64,000 bases of DNA from the NCBI GenBank assembly GCA_977862235.1, contig OZ374559.1:1426001-1490000 (forward strand), given 5' to 3'. A program made the translations under genes and the position numbers. Shown in pieces: positions 45,801 through 56,717 of this stretch. A model generated the notes under the pieces. It did no database searches, was not told the origin of the DNA, and was given only the letters and a program-made list of their open reading frames with translations. The DNA is from Dudresnaya verticillata. Its lineage: Eukaryota. The number at the start of each line of letters is the position of its first letter. The stretch's first letter is position 1.

Positions 45801-45934
45801 GGATCTTACTGGAGGCTGCTCCCCTAGGCCAACGAGGTCCTGACTTAACGAGAGTCACCACGCACAACACTCAACCTCTCAGCAAGCTCACGGACCAAGA
45901 CAACAGCGGACGAGAGCCTCGAGAACTCTCTCAC
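39884..45934 (-). mobile_element. Copia copy E: 3' LTR 39884-40898, intact ORF, leader cut at CTCAC (no PBS or 5' LTR)
   Basis: Left flank ATACT; leader ends GAACTCTCTCAC directly before an oppositely oriented LTR. Confidence 0.95.
40893..45209 (-). CDS. gag-pol: Copia gag-pol polyprotein (1438 aa)
   Basis: Uninterrupted ORF with all motifs; shares diagnostic residues with copy D. Confidence 0.95.
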   Translation of the reverse strand: MTDTEAEMDTSSGVKIPRFHGRRGDDYSLWRHRLRAACRIKGVWNVVHTSNDTPSSSQSTGEASADTSILHARTLAKREKACGIIISALGDAPLRVVMEVDDDPKRMLELLDSRYASSRTVSRIAVQTKLFRMTYTGQNMSNYVDQYTSLFAQLDRMGNDSAIPETHKAPMLLASIDPSCHLEPTAAALRTKDAAELTWDCVATTLIDEYNAKDSHGSNAGGRSSKSKSRRKKKKKSASSRSRQQHNTLDDNDDSDDSSDIESTVRALAVALKSAKQAHSTPNRHLHCDVCDKDGHTADRCYLNPENPNNKLPPKVRQMFTNQGKKGNSAVAASGKNNGKSAKVEIAGASVEMTTVIPPNDQGTYADSGATVHCFHSMTSFVPSSVSRCEKRTVVLADKSSVTSDLCGDVILPFEHANIRLKKALFIPQMGYNLVSTGRLADKGIESHFRRLDVRLVLDSDGYYIGSGVRDASSGMYMLPEPEPHTSEEQVLAVPSTQQTTELWHRRLAHINFRDLAKVHEHVEGVPELGSTHEVCRACRLGKAHKQSFPGHFRPAKAVGDLVHSDIVGPIQISFPDRFRYATTFLDDKSRFLVVACMRNRRMLSAAFDQASAKFIELGGAEITKLHSDGAQEYLALQKDLGGVGDSGKSFSPPYTPELNGIAERVNRTMVEAALTLLIQADLPGCLWPFALKHVNYVRNRVPHSTVGATPYSVMTGDVPDLKHLRVFGCAAYVLRLPRGSKFESRALEGVHLETLEHGIYRILVTGGDGIPRVVESRHVTFDESKFPGAPSLLEYGQDEADSDEDYASNSEASIFNSDSDDDVSLGNFEDEEDAIEVDTPSSPPLPPSEPSSFESDDTAEEENVSDSPPAGVSSDPERQQQSRYPRRQRRQTSKWFMASSAQAEQQVALTTGDEPTLREAMSATPEERGLWQSAIDDEFASLESKGTWVRDDSPGAQPLPTHAVLKVKRKSDGTVERFKARVVAGGNFQTYGEDYMETYAPVVSFSLVRTFLYLVLCLNLFVAQLDVKTAFLNGDLAEHVWVMSPRGIPGRESLCYKLLKAMYGLKQAHLAWHTKLCGVLARMMFEELPSAPCVFRRKSKSSGYAYILVYVDDLLILAPTKAERDAIVKELQGLYDLRLSEGVDLFLGVELGWKLDSDGRFVSLKMTQQVYTESVLRRFGLQNSKPACTPMVESFFTGLAAEEDKAVVSVETYQQMIGSLLYLGLRTRLDILASVLILARFQKAPTAYCHRGVKRVLRYLRGTHKHGVTYQSGTTRIQAYVDADYAGDTTDRKSMSGYMVKLGDAVCIWGSKKQSTVALSTCESEYYAMTLAAKETVWVTRVLKEADLNVEGPVPLRSDNQSAINWATGERCPSGRAKHIDVRVHFIRELVADSVLEVVYVPSEDNDADLLTKPLGPTLLNRILPRVGLGGAIEEEC

Positions 45935-46969
45935 TGTTGAGGACATGGTCGCTGGCGCCTCACGTCACGGGTCAGGTACCCCAGATGGTACCCTGGCACG
46001 CTTTCACCAAACCTTCCGGAGACGACAGCCCTTTTTCCGGGCTTCCAAAATCACGGCGCATTTAGGCCTTTTGCAAAAGCAACGTGAAACGGGCTTCTGA
46101 TTGGTTGTTACAAACCGCCTCCATGGTCTATATGGCTTACAAGTGTTGTGCTGGAATTGGCGGTTATAACAGGAACGGCCAAGTGGAACGATCTGATTGG
46201 ACCACATGGATGCACGTGGTATGGCATGGAATGGTACTGGTATGACGCGCACTGTACTCCACAAGTACATATGAACGTGCCATGCAATGTGCTGATGGCG
46301 TCTGAGTTGGTACTGCAGGGACTTGCGCTACGTGGAGCCTGGCTTGTGATATCAGCAGATGCAGTTGTCGTGCGGCCGACACGTTGTCGTTTACAGTGGG
46401 CACGTAGCTGTCGTGCGGCCGACACGTTGGTTTACAGTGGGCACGTAGCTGTCGTGCGGCCGACACGTTGGTTTACAGCTGCCACGTAGGCAAATCTGGG
46501 TGATTACGTGGTCAATGATCCAAGTTGGATATTCATGGACGGACTTCAGCTCGTAAGTGCGGCCACGTGGTGTGCAGTGTTGTCCGACAGCAGCCATGCG
46601 GGGACACTCGATACTTTCGAGTTCCCGCCCAAAGTTGGAGTACATATGGATGGCAGGAAATGCGGTCGCAAGAGGGATTGCTGATGTCAGCAGTTAGCAA
46701 CAATGGTGTGCAAGTTCCCGCCCATTTTGGTGGCAGATGTGAGTGTGCTGAGAGTATGATTTGGTAGATTTGATTGCTTTACTTTTTCCCGCCCATTTGA
46801 CGGTAGGGATTTTGGGCGTTTCTTTAATGATTTGTTTTGTTTGTGTTCACGCAGCAACTCATCCGAAAAGCTGATATAAGCCTTGTCGAATGGTCGACTG
46901 CAGTAAACGAAGTCAAGCGACTTCCATTTCTCATCTTGTTCAACTCCAACCTCTCCATATTCCTTTTCA
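45935..46969 (+). repeat. Solo main-family Copia LTR with discordant flanks (CTCAC / CTTAC)
   Basis: TGTTGAGGAC...CCTTTTCA, 1035 bp, three 41-bp units; both flanks are leader sequence of minus-strand copies. Confidence 0.93.
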
Positions 46970-48065
46970 CTTACGAGACGTCCACTTTACGGGTACTAAC
47001 TTAAAACGAATGTTCACCTCACGAACAGGTCCAGTCCCTTGCAGGAATGGAACTAGGCCCAACCGTGTCAAGGTTCTGGATCTTACTGGAGGCTGCTCCC
47101 CTAAGCCAGCGAGGTCCTGACTTAACGAGAGTCACCGCACAACCCTCAACCTCTCAGCAAGCTCACGGACCAGGAAAACAGCGGGCGAGAGCCTCGAGAA
47201 CTCTCTCATAAACTCAGAGACACAAGCCGACACAGTGGGATAGGGACCACTTTCAACAAACAACATGCAGACAGCACAGGACAGAAGCCGACTGGACAGG
47301 CCAGAACGGGACAGGACAGTACAACAGTATAAACAATGAAAAGAAAAGGACTAAGGTTGCAGCGAAGCGATGAAGTCTGCGTAGGTCGACCGTCCGGGCC
47401 CATAACCTGAAAAGGAATATGGAGAGGTTGAAGTTGAACAAGTTGAGAGTTTTGAGAAATGGAAGTCGCTTGACTTCGTTAACTGCAGTCGACCATCTGA
47501 CAAGGCTTATATCATCTTCTCAGATGAGTCACTGCGTGAACACAAACAAAACAAGTCATTAAAGGAACGCCAAAGTCCCTGTCATCAAATGGGCGGGAAA
47601 AGGTAAAGCAATCAAATCTATCAAATCATACCCGCAGCGCACTCACATCCGCCACGAAAATGAGCGGGAACTTGCAAACCAGTCTTGCTAACTGCTGACA
47701 TCAGCAAGTCCTCTTTTGCCCGCATTTTAGGCCATCCAGCACTACTCCAATTTTGGGCGGGAACTGGAAAGTCTTGAGTGTTCCCTCATGTCTGCTGTCG
47801 GACAGCACTGCACGCTGTCGGATCGCACTGCACGCTGTCCGACAGCACTACACACCACGTGGCCGTACCCACGAGCTGAACTTCGTCCATGGATATCCAA
47901 CTTGAATGATCAACCACGCAATCACCCAGGGTTGCCTACGTGGCAACTGTAAACCAACGTGCCGGATGCACGACAACTGCATCTACTGATGTCGGCAAGA
48001 ATGCTCCACGTTGCACAAGTCCCTGCAGTACCTGCTCAGACGCTATCAGTATATTGCGTGGCACG
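46970..48065 (-). mobile_element. Older, diverged subfamily copy of the main Copia: partial leader, PBS variant, partial 5' LTR 47408-48065
   Basis: Alignable to the main family with many substitutions and indels; cut by a Gypsy LTR at 48066. Confidence 0.88.
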
Positions 48066-51000
48066 TGTGGTGCAAACCGTCTAGGACGAGTAGCACCTCC
48101 GGGTAGTTCGGACCCGGGGGTAGCGCGCTAGTAGTGAGGGTGTGCTAGAGCGTAGATAAAACGCCGAGGGCGGACTGTAAACGCCCTGGGCGGTAGAAGT
48201 GGGACAAAGCCACAGAAAGGAGATAGAAAGGGAAGGAAAGGGAGAAAGGAGAGAGAAATGGAGAGAGACGCGTCAAGGACGTAGACGGACGCGGAAGCGC
48301 AGGCGGAGCTGCGCAGTTGCCTTCGTTGGTAACGGAGAAGTACGCACTAGCGAAGGGGCTTCAGGTCCGAGGCCGGCTTGCCGGAATTTACTTAACATCC
48401 CAGACGGGTTACCTAATATACTATCGCTATGACGCGGGCTGCGTCGGCGCGGCGTGGCGCGCGGGAACTCGGGACGCGTGTCGCGCCCCGGTGCGTCTGA
48501 CAAGCCGTCGTTGCCATGCAGCCGCGCACCTGCGGGTAGGGAATAGCTTACGGCGTGCGCGCGCGTAATTAATAGCTTACAGGCGTGCGCGCGCGTTGGT
48601 AGACGTGATCCGGATTCGGATCCCGATCTCTGGCAGCATTGCTGGCGCGTGGGCGTGCCTTACAGGCGCTCGCCTTACATTGTAGCGGATCCCGATCTGA
48701 TCCCGATGTCCGATCCAGATCCCATCCGGATCTGGGCCATCATTACAGGTACCCGCCTTACACCTCCCGGAGCCCGATCGGCGATCCAGATGCGTGCCGA
48801 TCGGGCGTACAGTGCGTGAGCCGCCATGCCCGGCGGCGGTTGTGGCGTCCGTACGCCGTTGAGCCGGCTGTCCGTGACGTCTTCGCGCGCGCCAGCGGCG
48901 GTTGCGATGCCCGTCGGTAGACGTCTTATGGCACGCTCCGAGCGGAAAAAGGGGTCCACCCCCCTTGCACCACTCGAGCCCCCTCCAAAACGCGAACATG
49001 TCCGACCCTCAACCTGCTGCCGTGCGCACTCCAGCTTCGTCCTTGCCTGATCTTGCGCCTTCGCGTCTTGTCTTGGTGCGCCCACGTGTGCTTTGTGACC
49101 TCGGCTGTGCCGTAAGAACTCCGCTCTTGTTGCGTGCGGTGCCCGTGCGATTGCACCTGCGCTGCCCCGAAATCACCGCCTGTGGCGCATTAAGATCCCC
49201 GTCGTGGACGTCTTTCAGATTCCCTCGCCTGGGGCGTTGCGACTCAATCGTCATCGACGTTGTCCTCTGTGTGTATCGCCTGTGGCGTGGCAACTGAACG
49301 TCGTTGACGTGGATTTCTTTTCCTCGCCTGGGGCGTTGCAAAAGAACGTCGTTGGCGTACGTTTGTAAGCCTTTCGCCAGTGGCGCAGGTTTGTTTGTAT
49401 CGCCTGTGGCGTTGGACAGTAATCGTCTTCGACGCACGCTTCGTGAAGCTTTCGCCAGTGGCGCAGGACACGAGTTTGTCCACTCATCGCCAGCGGTGCG
49501 AACACATTTTCGTCTTCGACGTTATGCCGACATTCAATGGTATTTAGGTGGCGGCGCCCTCGGCCGCGCCGGTGTACGCTTCGCCTGTCGACTTTGTCGG
49601 GAAGAATCCTCGCGATCACGCGCATTTCTTCGCACAGGCCCCCTGGTTCGACCACGAGGCTTTGCGCGAAGAGGAATTGGTCGCTCATTACGCTACTAGC
49701 AGCTTCTTGCCAGTGGGCCTGCTCCTTGGCGTCTTCTGGACGTTAGAGTAGAAGTTGCGCTGTGCCGTTCCTCTGGAATGGCTTTGGGTGCGAGCGGGAC
49801 AATCGCGCGCGGACGTCCACGCGCAGGTCATCTCAGACGTCTATCGGCGCTTCACGCGTTACCCCGGGTCGACGTTAACGCCGCCCCTGTTTAATGTGGA
49901 CGCGGGGCAATATCGTACAACCGGCGAGGCCGAATATGGTGGTCGTCTTGGGACGCTATCGCTCAAACATGTGAGCGTGTCAATCGAGCCTCGCGTTTTG
50001 GGAGAGGTTTACCTATTAGGTGTACGCTTGAAAGCGGATTTTCGATATCTGCATCGTTACGGGTACGTTCTTTCGGGAGCGTTGTATCCGTTGGGAGTGC
50101 GAGACGCGTCGCCGAAAGGGCGTATTCGTACCTTACCAGAACATGCAGGTCGACCGCATTGAGATTAGTAAGTTACCTCACTGTTTCGTGAAGGTGCCGC
50201 CTGTATGGCGTGACTTCGAGATATGCGAAGGTTTCGCAGCAAAGCTCCCCCCGTGTATCACGTATCTTGGTTCCGAGCTGATAACCGACCCATATTCTAT
50301 ATATTGAATCGTCTTCTACACCGAGTGGGTCGCCAAGGTGGCGTACGCTTTGTTATGCGAGGTGTATGACACCTTCCGTATGTATCATCTACCACCGCGT
50401 GTGGTCGCCCATCTTGGTGGCCTCGACTTAGTCGAAATATTTGGTGGTTCTAGGAACTCCGAGGCGTTTGGGACCTGCGCGCTATTGCGGATGAGATCGA
50501 TTGGAACGACGCGGTTGCCGTGCCGTTAGCCAACAACCGCCATAAGGCGAATCATCCTCGTTACGCGATGAGTCGTACTCATTCCGCCTGTGGCGATTGG
50601 AATTGGTTCAACCCTTGGACAAAGCGTCGTACGACGAAGAACATTGCGAAACGCCATCGCACGACCGATCGCTTCACGCCGGGTAATCACCCGCGCGGTT
50701 TGCGTAAGACCTGCGACTTTGTCGGTGACTTTCCTCCTCACTTCAGCGCCGTAATGGCGGAAGAGGATGCTCTTCACGCCAACTGCGGACCGGTTAACTC
50801 GTCTGGGACGGCTATTGCTACGCCTATGACAATTGAGTCTTCCGCTGCAGCGGCTGTTCCGTCTACGACGTTGCCCACGTAGCCTCTTGCGGCGAGTGCG
50901 ATGCTGACCGGCGTAGCCGCTGTTGCGCCCTTGGACCTTGCGGCGCCCGTTGCGGACGACGAGGGTGACTTCATTATGGCAGTGCCAATGTCAGAGCCAC

Positions 51001-51984
51001 CCCGTCCGCAATGCCAGAAGGCGGAGCATCGAGCGTCGTAGACGGTTCAGGGAAGGCTCCCAGTGTGCCGGTCTGGACCGCAGAACAGCACCGTACGGTC
51101 CTCGCGTTGTTTCAGGCTGCCGGCGTCACTACTAGCGTTTTGAGCGGCTCGCCCATAGAGTGGGTGGGCCAATCCTTGTCTGCTGCGGTTCTGCCTCAGG
51201 GTGGGTCCGCGCCGAAATCGACTGTTGTCGTAGGCTCGCAGTCGAACGACGGTGTGGCAGGAAAGCCGTCATCGCCTAAGGAGAATGGTCCAGCGTCTAA
51301 AGACGTGAGTATTACTGTACCGCCTGCGGCAAGCTAATCAAATGCTGCTATGACGTCGTCGATGGTTCAAAAGGAGCCAGGTACTCCTGCGTCAGTGACG
51401 AGCGCAGAGTTAATAACGCCAAAGGTGAGTGAGGGTGCGACGTCGATCGAGGCCGTTTCTGAACTTACGACAAAGGGGTTGATGAATCGGTCACTGCGCC
51501 TAAAGCGGATGGGGCTGGGTCTGCCTCGAACGCGAACGAAGAGTTGAGCTGGGCGCCTATGGCGGGTGTTGTTGCTTCATCGCCTGTGGCGGATATTCTC
51601 GCTACGACGCCAAAAGCGGTTGATAAGTCGCCCCTTACGCCTGCGGAGCCTGTTGCGGTCAATCCGGCAGTTGCAATGGCGGGGCCCTTGCGGTCCGTCC
51701 CTGCTCCTGCCGCAAGTTTACCGTCGACGACGGAGGACAGCCTCTATGAAGAGGCGTTGCGCGAGTCCGCCGAGGACGCTGCTGAGGATGTGCCCGCCAA
51801 TTCGTCTGCGACGAAAGAACCTTGATGTCGTTTCAGAAACGGATAGCGGACGCGAGAGCGCGTATTGTGATGCCCTTCGGATCCTCTTCGGGGCCGATCA
51901 GCGGGGGTATTCCCCTTCGTCTTTGACGATTAATGTAGAAGTAGTGGTCTTTCGCGAGGGCGAGGGGTTGTCGCAATGTGTTTT
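48066..51984 (-). mobile_element. 3' part of Gypsy element G2 (3' LTR 48066-48974, PPT, antisense ORF)
   Basis: LTR termini TGTGGTGCAA...TTGCACCACT followed by CGAGCCCCCTCCAAAA (PPT on minus strand); collinear with G1 15991-18730. Confidence 0.8.
49524..51825 (+). pseudogene. Gypsy accessory antisense ORF (copy 2), fragmented
   Basis: ORF pieces 49548-49751, 49755-50162, 50338-50529, 50520-50882, 51011-51337, 51544-51825 are homologous to copy 1. Confidence 0.75.
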
Positions 51985-52186
51985 TGTTAGATCAAGCGAT
52001 ATCTGTCCAACCTAGCACTCTGCATTTTTGCAGTAATTAGTGCGATTAGTGCGAGTAGGCATTTCGGGTGTCTCCACTTGTCTCCTCCACACCTCAGTCA
52101 TGCTCGGACCGCTGTGCGTCCTCTATTCGGTTGCACGGCGCACAACTAGCTCAGACCCTGATTCAGTTAAGATCACTGACGCAACA

Positions 52187-52352
52187 TCGCCATCGTCACT
52201 TAGGTTACTCACCGGCGCCGTCGTCACTTAGGTTTAGGGTTGTGCACCGTCGCCGTCGTCACTTAGGTTTACGCACCACCGCCGCCGTCACTTAGGTTAC
52301 CGTTTCTCACCGTCGCCGTCGTCACTTACGTTTGCGCATGGTCGCCGACGTC
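52187..52352 (+). repeat. Imperfect tandem array (~6 units) of CGCCGTCGTCACTTAGGTT in the second Copia LTR
   Basis: Directly visible repeated motif with variable spacers. Confidence 0.8.
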
Positions 52353-53337
52353 AAGCACACCTTGGGGATCCGCCAACTCCGGGACCCAAGGTCTACTTAA
52401 ACCTCTTCTCCCCTCACGCTTCGAGTAAACTGAGACAACTCCATTCGTCTCCCTCTTCGCTCAGCTCTCTACTTCTCTCCTCCCCTGGTCGCTCTCACTA
52501 CCTCTCCAATAGGTTATGGGCCCAGAAACGCATATCTCTACTCGCTTCCCAAACAATCACCCGGTGGCTCGTCTCTGCGTTACATACTTCGGTTTGTCTC
52601 GCGGCTGGTGTTGCCGGTGTTGAATCGCGCTTCCGTCTCTGCGTCACATGCGTCACATACTTCGGTTTGTTTCGTGGCCCGCTTCGCGAATCGACAGTAC
52701 GTTTCTTGCGACTTGCAATTTTCTTTTCTTCACTTATGCCTCTTTCGCTGAGCCTAACCCCCCTCCAGTGGCCATCTGTCGCTCTATCCGCTACCGCGGT
52801 ATTCGCATATCACGAAGCGACTCTGTCGTTCGTCAACTCAACTTCAACGACAACCCTTACGGCCAACTTCGTCCATCCCGCGCCATCCGAGTCCCACGTT
52901 CTGTTCGCATACCCCTCGCTGTCCGTCCTCCACCGCGCCCGAAGAACCCGCTCATAGACGATTCTGCCATTGCGTCTGACGGTGAGGGTGGTAACGTGCG
53001 CTCAACTACCACTACTCCATGATCTTCCCCTGTCAAGCTCATCATCAAGAAGGTTCAAAAGACTCCTCGTTCACGCCCACCACCTCCCGCAGCAGCACAC
53101 GAAGTTGTGTCGCTTGTCTCCCCAAGTCCAGCCCGACCCCCTGCAAAACGACCAACTTGCAACTTGTGCGGTATCCAGGTGTCCGGTTTCAAGCAGCTCA
53201 TTCGACTCCGGAACAGTAAGAAGTGTAAGAACCGAGTAGAAAGACTGTCCGCAATTACGCCTTGTGCTCACTGTCAGCGTGTACTCGCCAAGATCGCGAT
53301 AAGCACAACCAATAAACTTCCTTAGCTATCCTGGACC

Positions 53338-53669
53338 ATGGAAACCACCTCTGGGATCAAGATCGACAAGCTGCGGGACGACAACTTCCACACTTGGAAG
53401 ACCCGCATTCAGCTTGTTCTGTCCCTGAAGGAGGTTGACGGCTATATTTCGGACGACCATCCTGAACGTTCCTCGGACGAATATGCAGCATGGCGCAAGG
53501 GTGACCTCGATGCAAAGGCTTTAATCGGACTAACTCTTTCTGACCCACACCTGGAGCAAGTGCAGCATGCCGATTCCATCAAGGGGATGTGGTCTCTCAT
53601 CTGTGATATTTACGAGAAACATACCCTCCTCAACAAGCTCGCTGCCCGACGCCGTTTTTACACAGCAAG
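53338..53669 (+). pseudogene. gag: Truncated Copia gag N-terminus (UBN2-like) of the second family
   Basis: IKIDKLRDDNFHTWKTRIQLVL...WRKGDLDAKALIGLTLSD...MWSLICDIYEKHTLLNKLAARRRFY; interrupted by an LTR. Confidence 0.88.
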
Positions 53670-54698
53670 TGAAAAGGAAAATGGAGAGGTTGAAGTTGAA
53701 CAAGATGAGAAAGGGAAGTCACTTGACTTCGTTTACTACAGTCGACCATCTGAAAAAGCTTATGTCAGCTTTTCGGATGAGTCGCTGCGTGAACACAAAC
53801 AAAACAAATCATTAAAAAACGTCCAAAATCCCTATCATCAAATGGGCGGGAAAAAGTAAAGCCATTAAATCTACCAAATCATACTCTCAGCACACTCACA
53901 TCCGCCACCAAAATGGGCGGGAACTTGCACACCAGTGTTGCTAACTGCTGACATCAGCAATCCCTCTTGCGACCGCATTTCCTGCCATCCATATGTACTC
54001 CAACTTTGGGCGGGAGCGTGAAAGTATCGAGTGTCCCCGCATGGCTGCTGTCGGACAACACTGCACACCACGTGGCCGCACTTACGAGCTGAAGTCCGTT
54101 CATGAATATCCACTTTGGATCATTGACCACGTAATCACTCAGATTTGCCTACGTGGCAGCTGTAAACCAATGTGTCGGCCAAACGACAGCTACGTGGCCA
54201 CTGTAAACCAACGTGTCGGCCGCACGACAGCTACGTGCCAACTGTAAACCAACGTGTCGGCCGCACGACAACTGCATCTGCTGATATCACAAGTCAGGCT
54301 CCACGTAGCGCAAGTCCCTGCAGTCCCAACTCAGACGCCATCAGCACATTGCATGGCACGTTCATGTGTACTTGTGGAGTACAGTGCGCGTCATACCAAT
54401 ACCATTCCATGCTATACCACGTGCATCCATGTGGTCCAATCAGATCGTTCCACTTGGCCGTTCCTGTTATAACCGCCAATTCCAGCACAACACTTGTAAC
54501 CCATATAGACCATGGAGGCGGTTTGGAACAACCAATCAGAAGCCCGTTTCACGTTGCTTTTGCAACAGGCCTAAATGCGCCGTGATTTTGGAAGCCCGGA
54601 AAAAGGGCTGTCGTCTCCGGAAGGTTTGGTGACAGCGTGCCAGGGTGCCATCTGGGGAGCCTGACCCGTGACGTGAGGCGCCAGCGACCATGTCCTCA
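53670..54698 (-). repeat. Main-family Copia LTR lacking its last 3 nt; no TSD
   Basis: TGAAAAGG...TGTCCTCA; left flank GCAAG, right flank unrelated. Confidence 0.92.
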
Positions 54699-55318
54699 TA
54701 TTTGTGTAGTAGTATTTATTCTTTCTTTTTAGTGAGTCTGTTTACAGTTTGTAGAGTAGCGCGCCAGCCAATGGGATTGCTGCGCATGTCCTTGTCGCAG
54801 ATTGGGACCAGCAGGGCCGATTCCACCATGGGTCCAAACCAGTAGGGTCTGGCCCACACGAACCGGACCGCTCATAAAACCCCTACAGCACCGAAAGAAA
54901 CTGATGATCACAATCTGCCATCGGATGCCACCACAAACGTAAGTATGCGTGTTACCCAATGATAGAAGTAATATCAAGGTCAGGGAAATGATTAATACCA
55001 TACGTGAGTCCACAATAGAGCCTGTACCAGAGTGTCCAAGTGATCCCTGTAAATACGTTCCAGAATTCTCCACAGATCAACATGTCCTCGTTCTAGCAAT
55101 ACAGAAAAGCCCTATTCTGCGGAGTTCCAGACAGTCTGATCTGCGGTTCCACCTAGTATCTGGGCGGTGTATGTGAACTATCCAGCAATTTGAGGCTGCA
55201 GTTTTGCAGGGTCCTCATACTGCTGCCGGTATAAGTGCTTCGGTACATTACGGTCATTCTGATTACCGGAATTTGAACGTGTCCAATCGGAGATATATCC
55301 CTATTTGTATACAGAGAA

Positions 55319-56146
55319 ATGCCTAAGCCTCGTACGCAGCAAAAACTATTAGCTACAAGTGCTACTTTCCGTTTAAAAGCGCGCAATCGTTTCATTTCAC
55401 AGACCTCCTCGACGGTACTGAGGAACAGAAATACGGCTGTACACACAGAGAAGAGGATCTATTGCCGAAGTGTAGTTATTCCTATTACTATCGACATGCT
55501 CATTGACCTCCCGGTGTTGCCGGACGACATACAGTCAGGTTTCTGCGCATTTCATGACCTCATGCGCTGTCAATTGAGGCTTCGATTGACAGAGCAGCAG
55601 CGCCGCCTTAACGGTGACTCTTTGCAATTTTAGGAACGTACAATGCGATCCTTGGAGGTGAAGGATGAAGAAAAAGTCATGGAACAGAACCATGCTCGGG
55701 AGTTTGAGGTCGTTATGGGCCAATACGACCATGACGAGAACATGCTCATAGTGGTATACCGTGGGGATATGAAGAAGCTTGATTACGTATCGGGGGATTC
55801 TTTCTCCGGATCCGAAGCTCATGAAATCGATGCCGTCTTGGTCGAGGCGATTCGCTTGGCAAGTGAGCCCGTACGGGAGCTCGGGCGAATGTGCCCCCTT
55901 CTCCTGACTTGTAATTTTGCCAAAACTAACGCAGAAGGGACTGTGGCGGTAAAGGAGGTAAGGGTGGCCCGTGCGCAGCATGACCTGCGCACCATGTATA
56001 GGAAAGCTTCGTCGTGCAAGTCTGTTTATTCTCGACCAAGGATGAAGTCGACCAATCAATCTGATTGCGTACCAAGGAGTAGTACTTGGAGACGCGCGTC
56101 GGTCCTGACTATGTGCGCTTATGGCCGTACCTTTCATCGTCGGTAA
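55319..56146 (+). pseudogene. Unidentified ORF remnant (two same-frame ORFs split by one TAG)
   Basis: 55319-55633 and 55643-56146 share a frame; globular-protein-like composition; no motif recognised. Confidence 0.3.
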
Positions 56147-56240
56147 TGTTATAAACGAAAAGACGTCGACGGTTGTATTCTTGACGAGCGACGTAATACG
56201 AATTACGCTCCTGGCGGCTTTTGAATTTTCCATTTCCCCG

Positions 56241-56717
56241 CTAGAGTACTTCCAGCACAATAGCTGTGTCGGGATTTGGCATCAGCTTCTTTTCCTCTTT
56301 CTGCTGAATATCAACTAGGAAGGCCTTGAAACCTCCAACTCGTTCAGTTTGTCCATAGTTCTTTACATTTGCCTGTCCATGAACGCGTTCCATAAATGTA
56401 GGAAAAACAGACCGGTCGAATAGTCTGATTCCCAGTGCCTCAAGGCCGGTGAACCGCTTGCCTTCGGAGATGCAGTTGTCAATTGATGCGAGTACGTTGG
56501 ACTCACCAATGCGGTGGACCATGTCTTTGTCAGTTTCCTCTGGTCTACGCAAGGCATTGAAATCCAGACACGACAGATCCTGGCTCTTCCCAAACAGTTC
56601 ATCACTGACTTCTCGTGCAGGCTCCCTAGGTACGAAGTCAGACATCTTCCCCTTACGTACGAGGATGTGCATTTGGACTGCCACAGGGGGTAGTACATCA
56701 GCGGGGGATGTCTGCAT
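56241..56717 (-). CDS. Hypothetical protein, 158 aa (possibly a fragment)
   Basis: Protein-like composition; no recognised domain. Confidence 0.3.
   Translation of the reverse strand: MQTSPADVLPPVAVQMHILVRKGKMSDFVPREPAREVSDELFGKSQDLSCLDFNALRRPEETDKDMVHRIGESNVLASIDNCISEGKRFTGLEALGIRLFDRSVFPTFMERVHGQANVKNYGQTERVGGFKAFLVDIQQKEEKKLMPNPDTAIVLEVL

Larger units (their letters stand above)
51985..53669 (+). mobile_element. 5' end of a second Copia family (LTR ~51985-52511, PBS 52512-52524, leader, gag start)
   Basis: TGTTAG...CCAATA followed by GGTTATGGGCCCAG; Copia-type gag downstream. Confidence 0.78.

Noticed and set aside
45930..46974. CTCAC/CTTAC as a mutated TSD of a simple solo LTR
   Set aside because: The two flanks are different leader positions ~240 bp apart and belong to different subfamilies
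53338..53859. 173-aa ORF as an intact gene
   Set aside because: Chimera of truncated gag (to 53669) read into an inserted LTR
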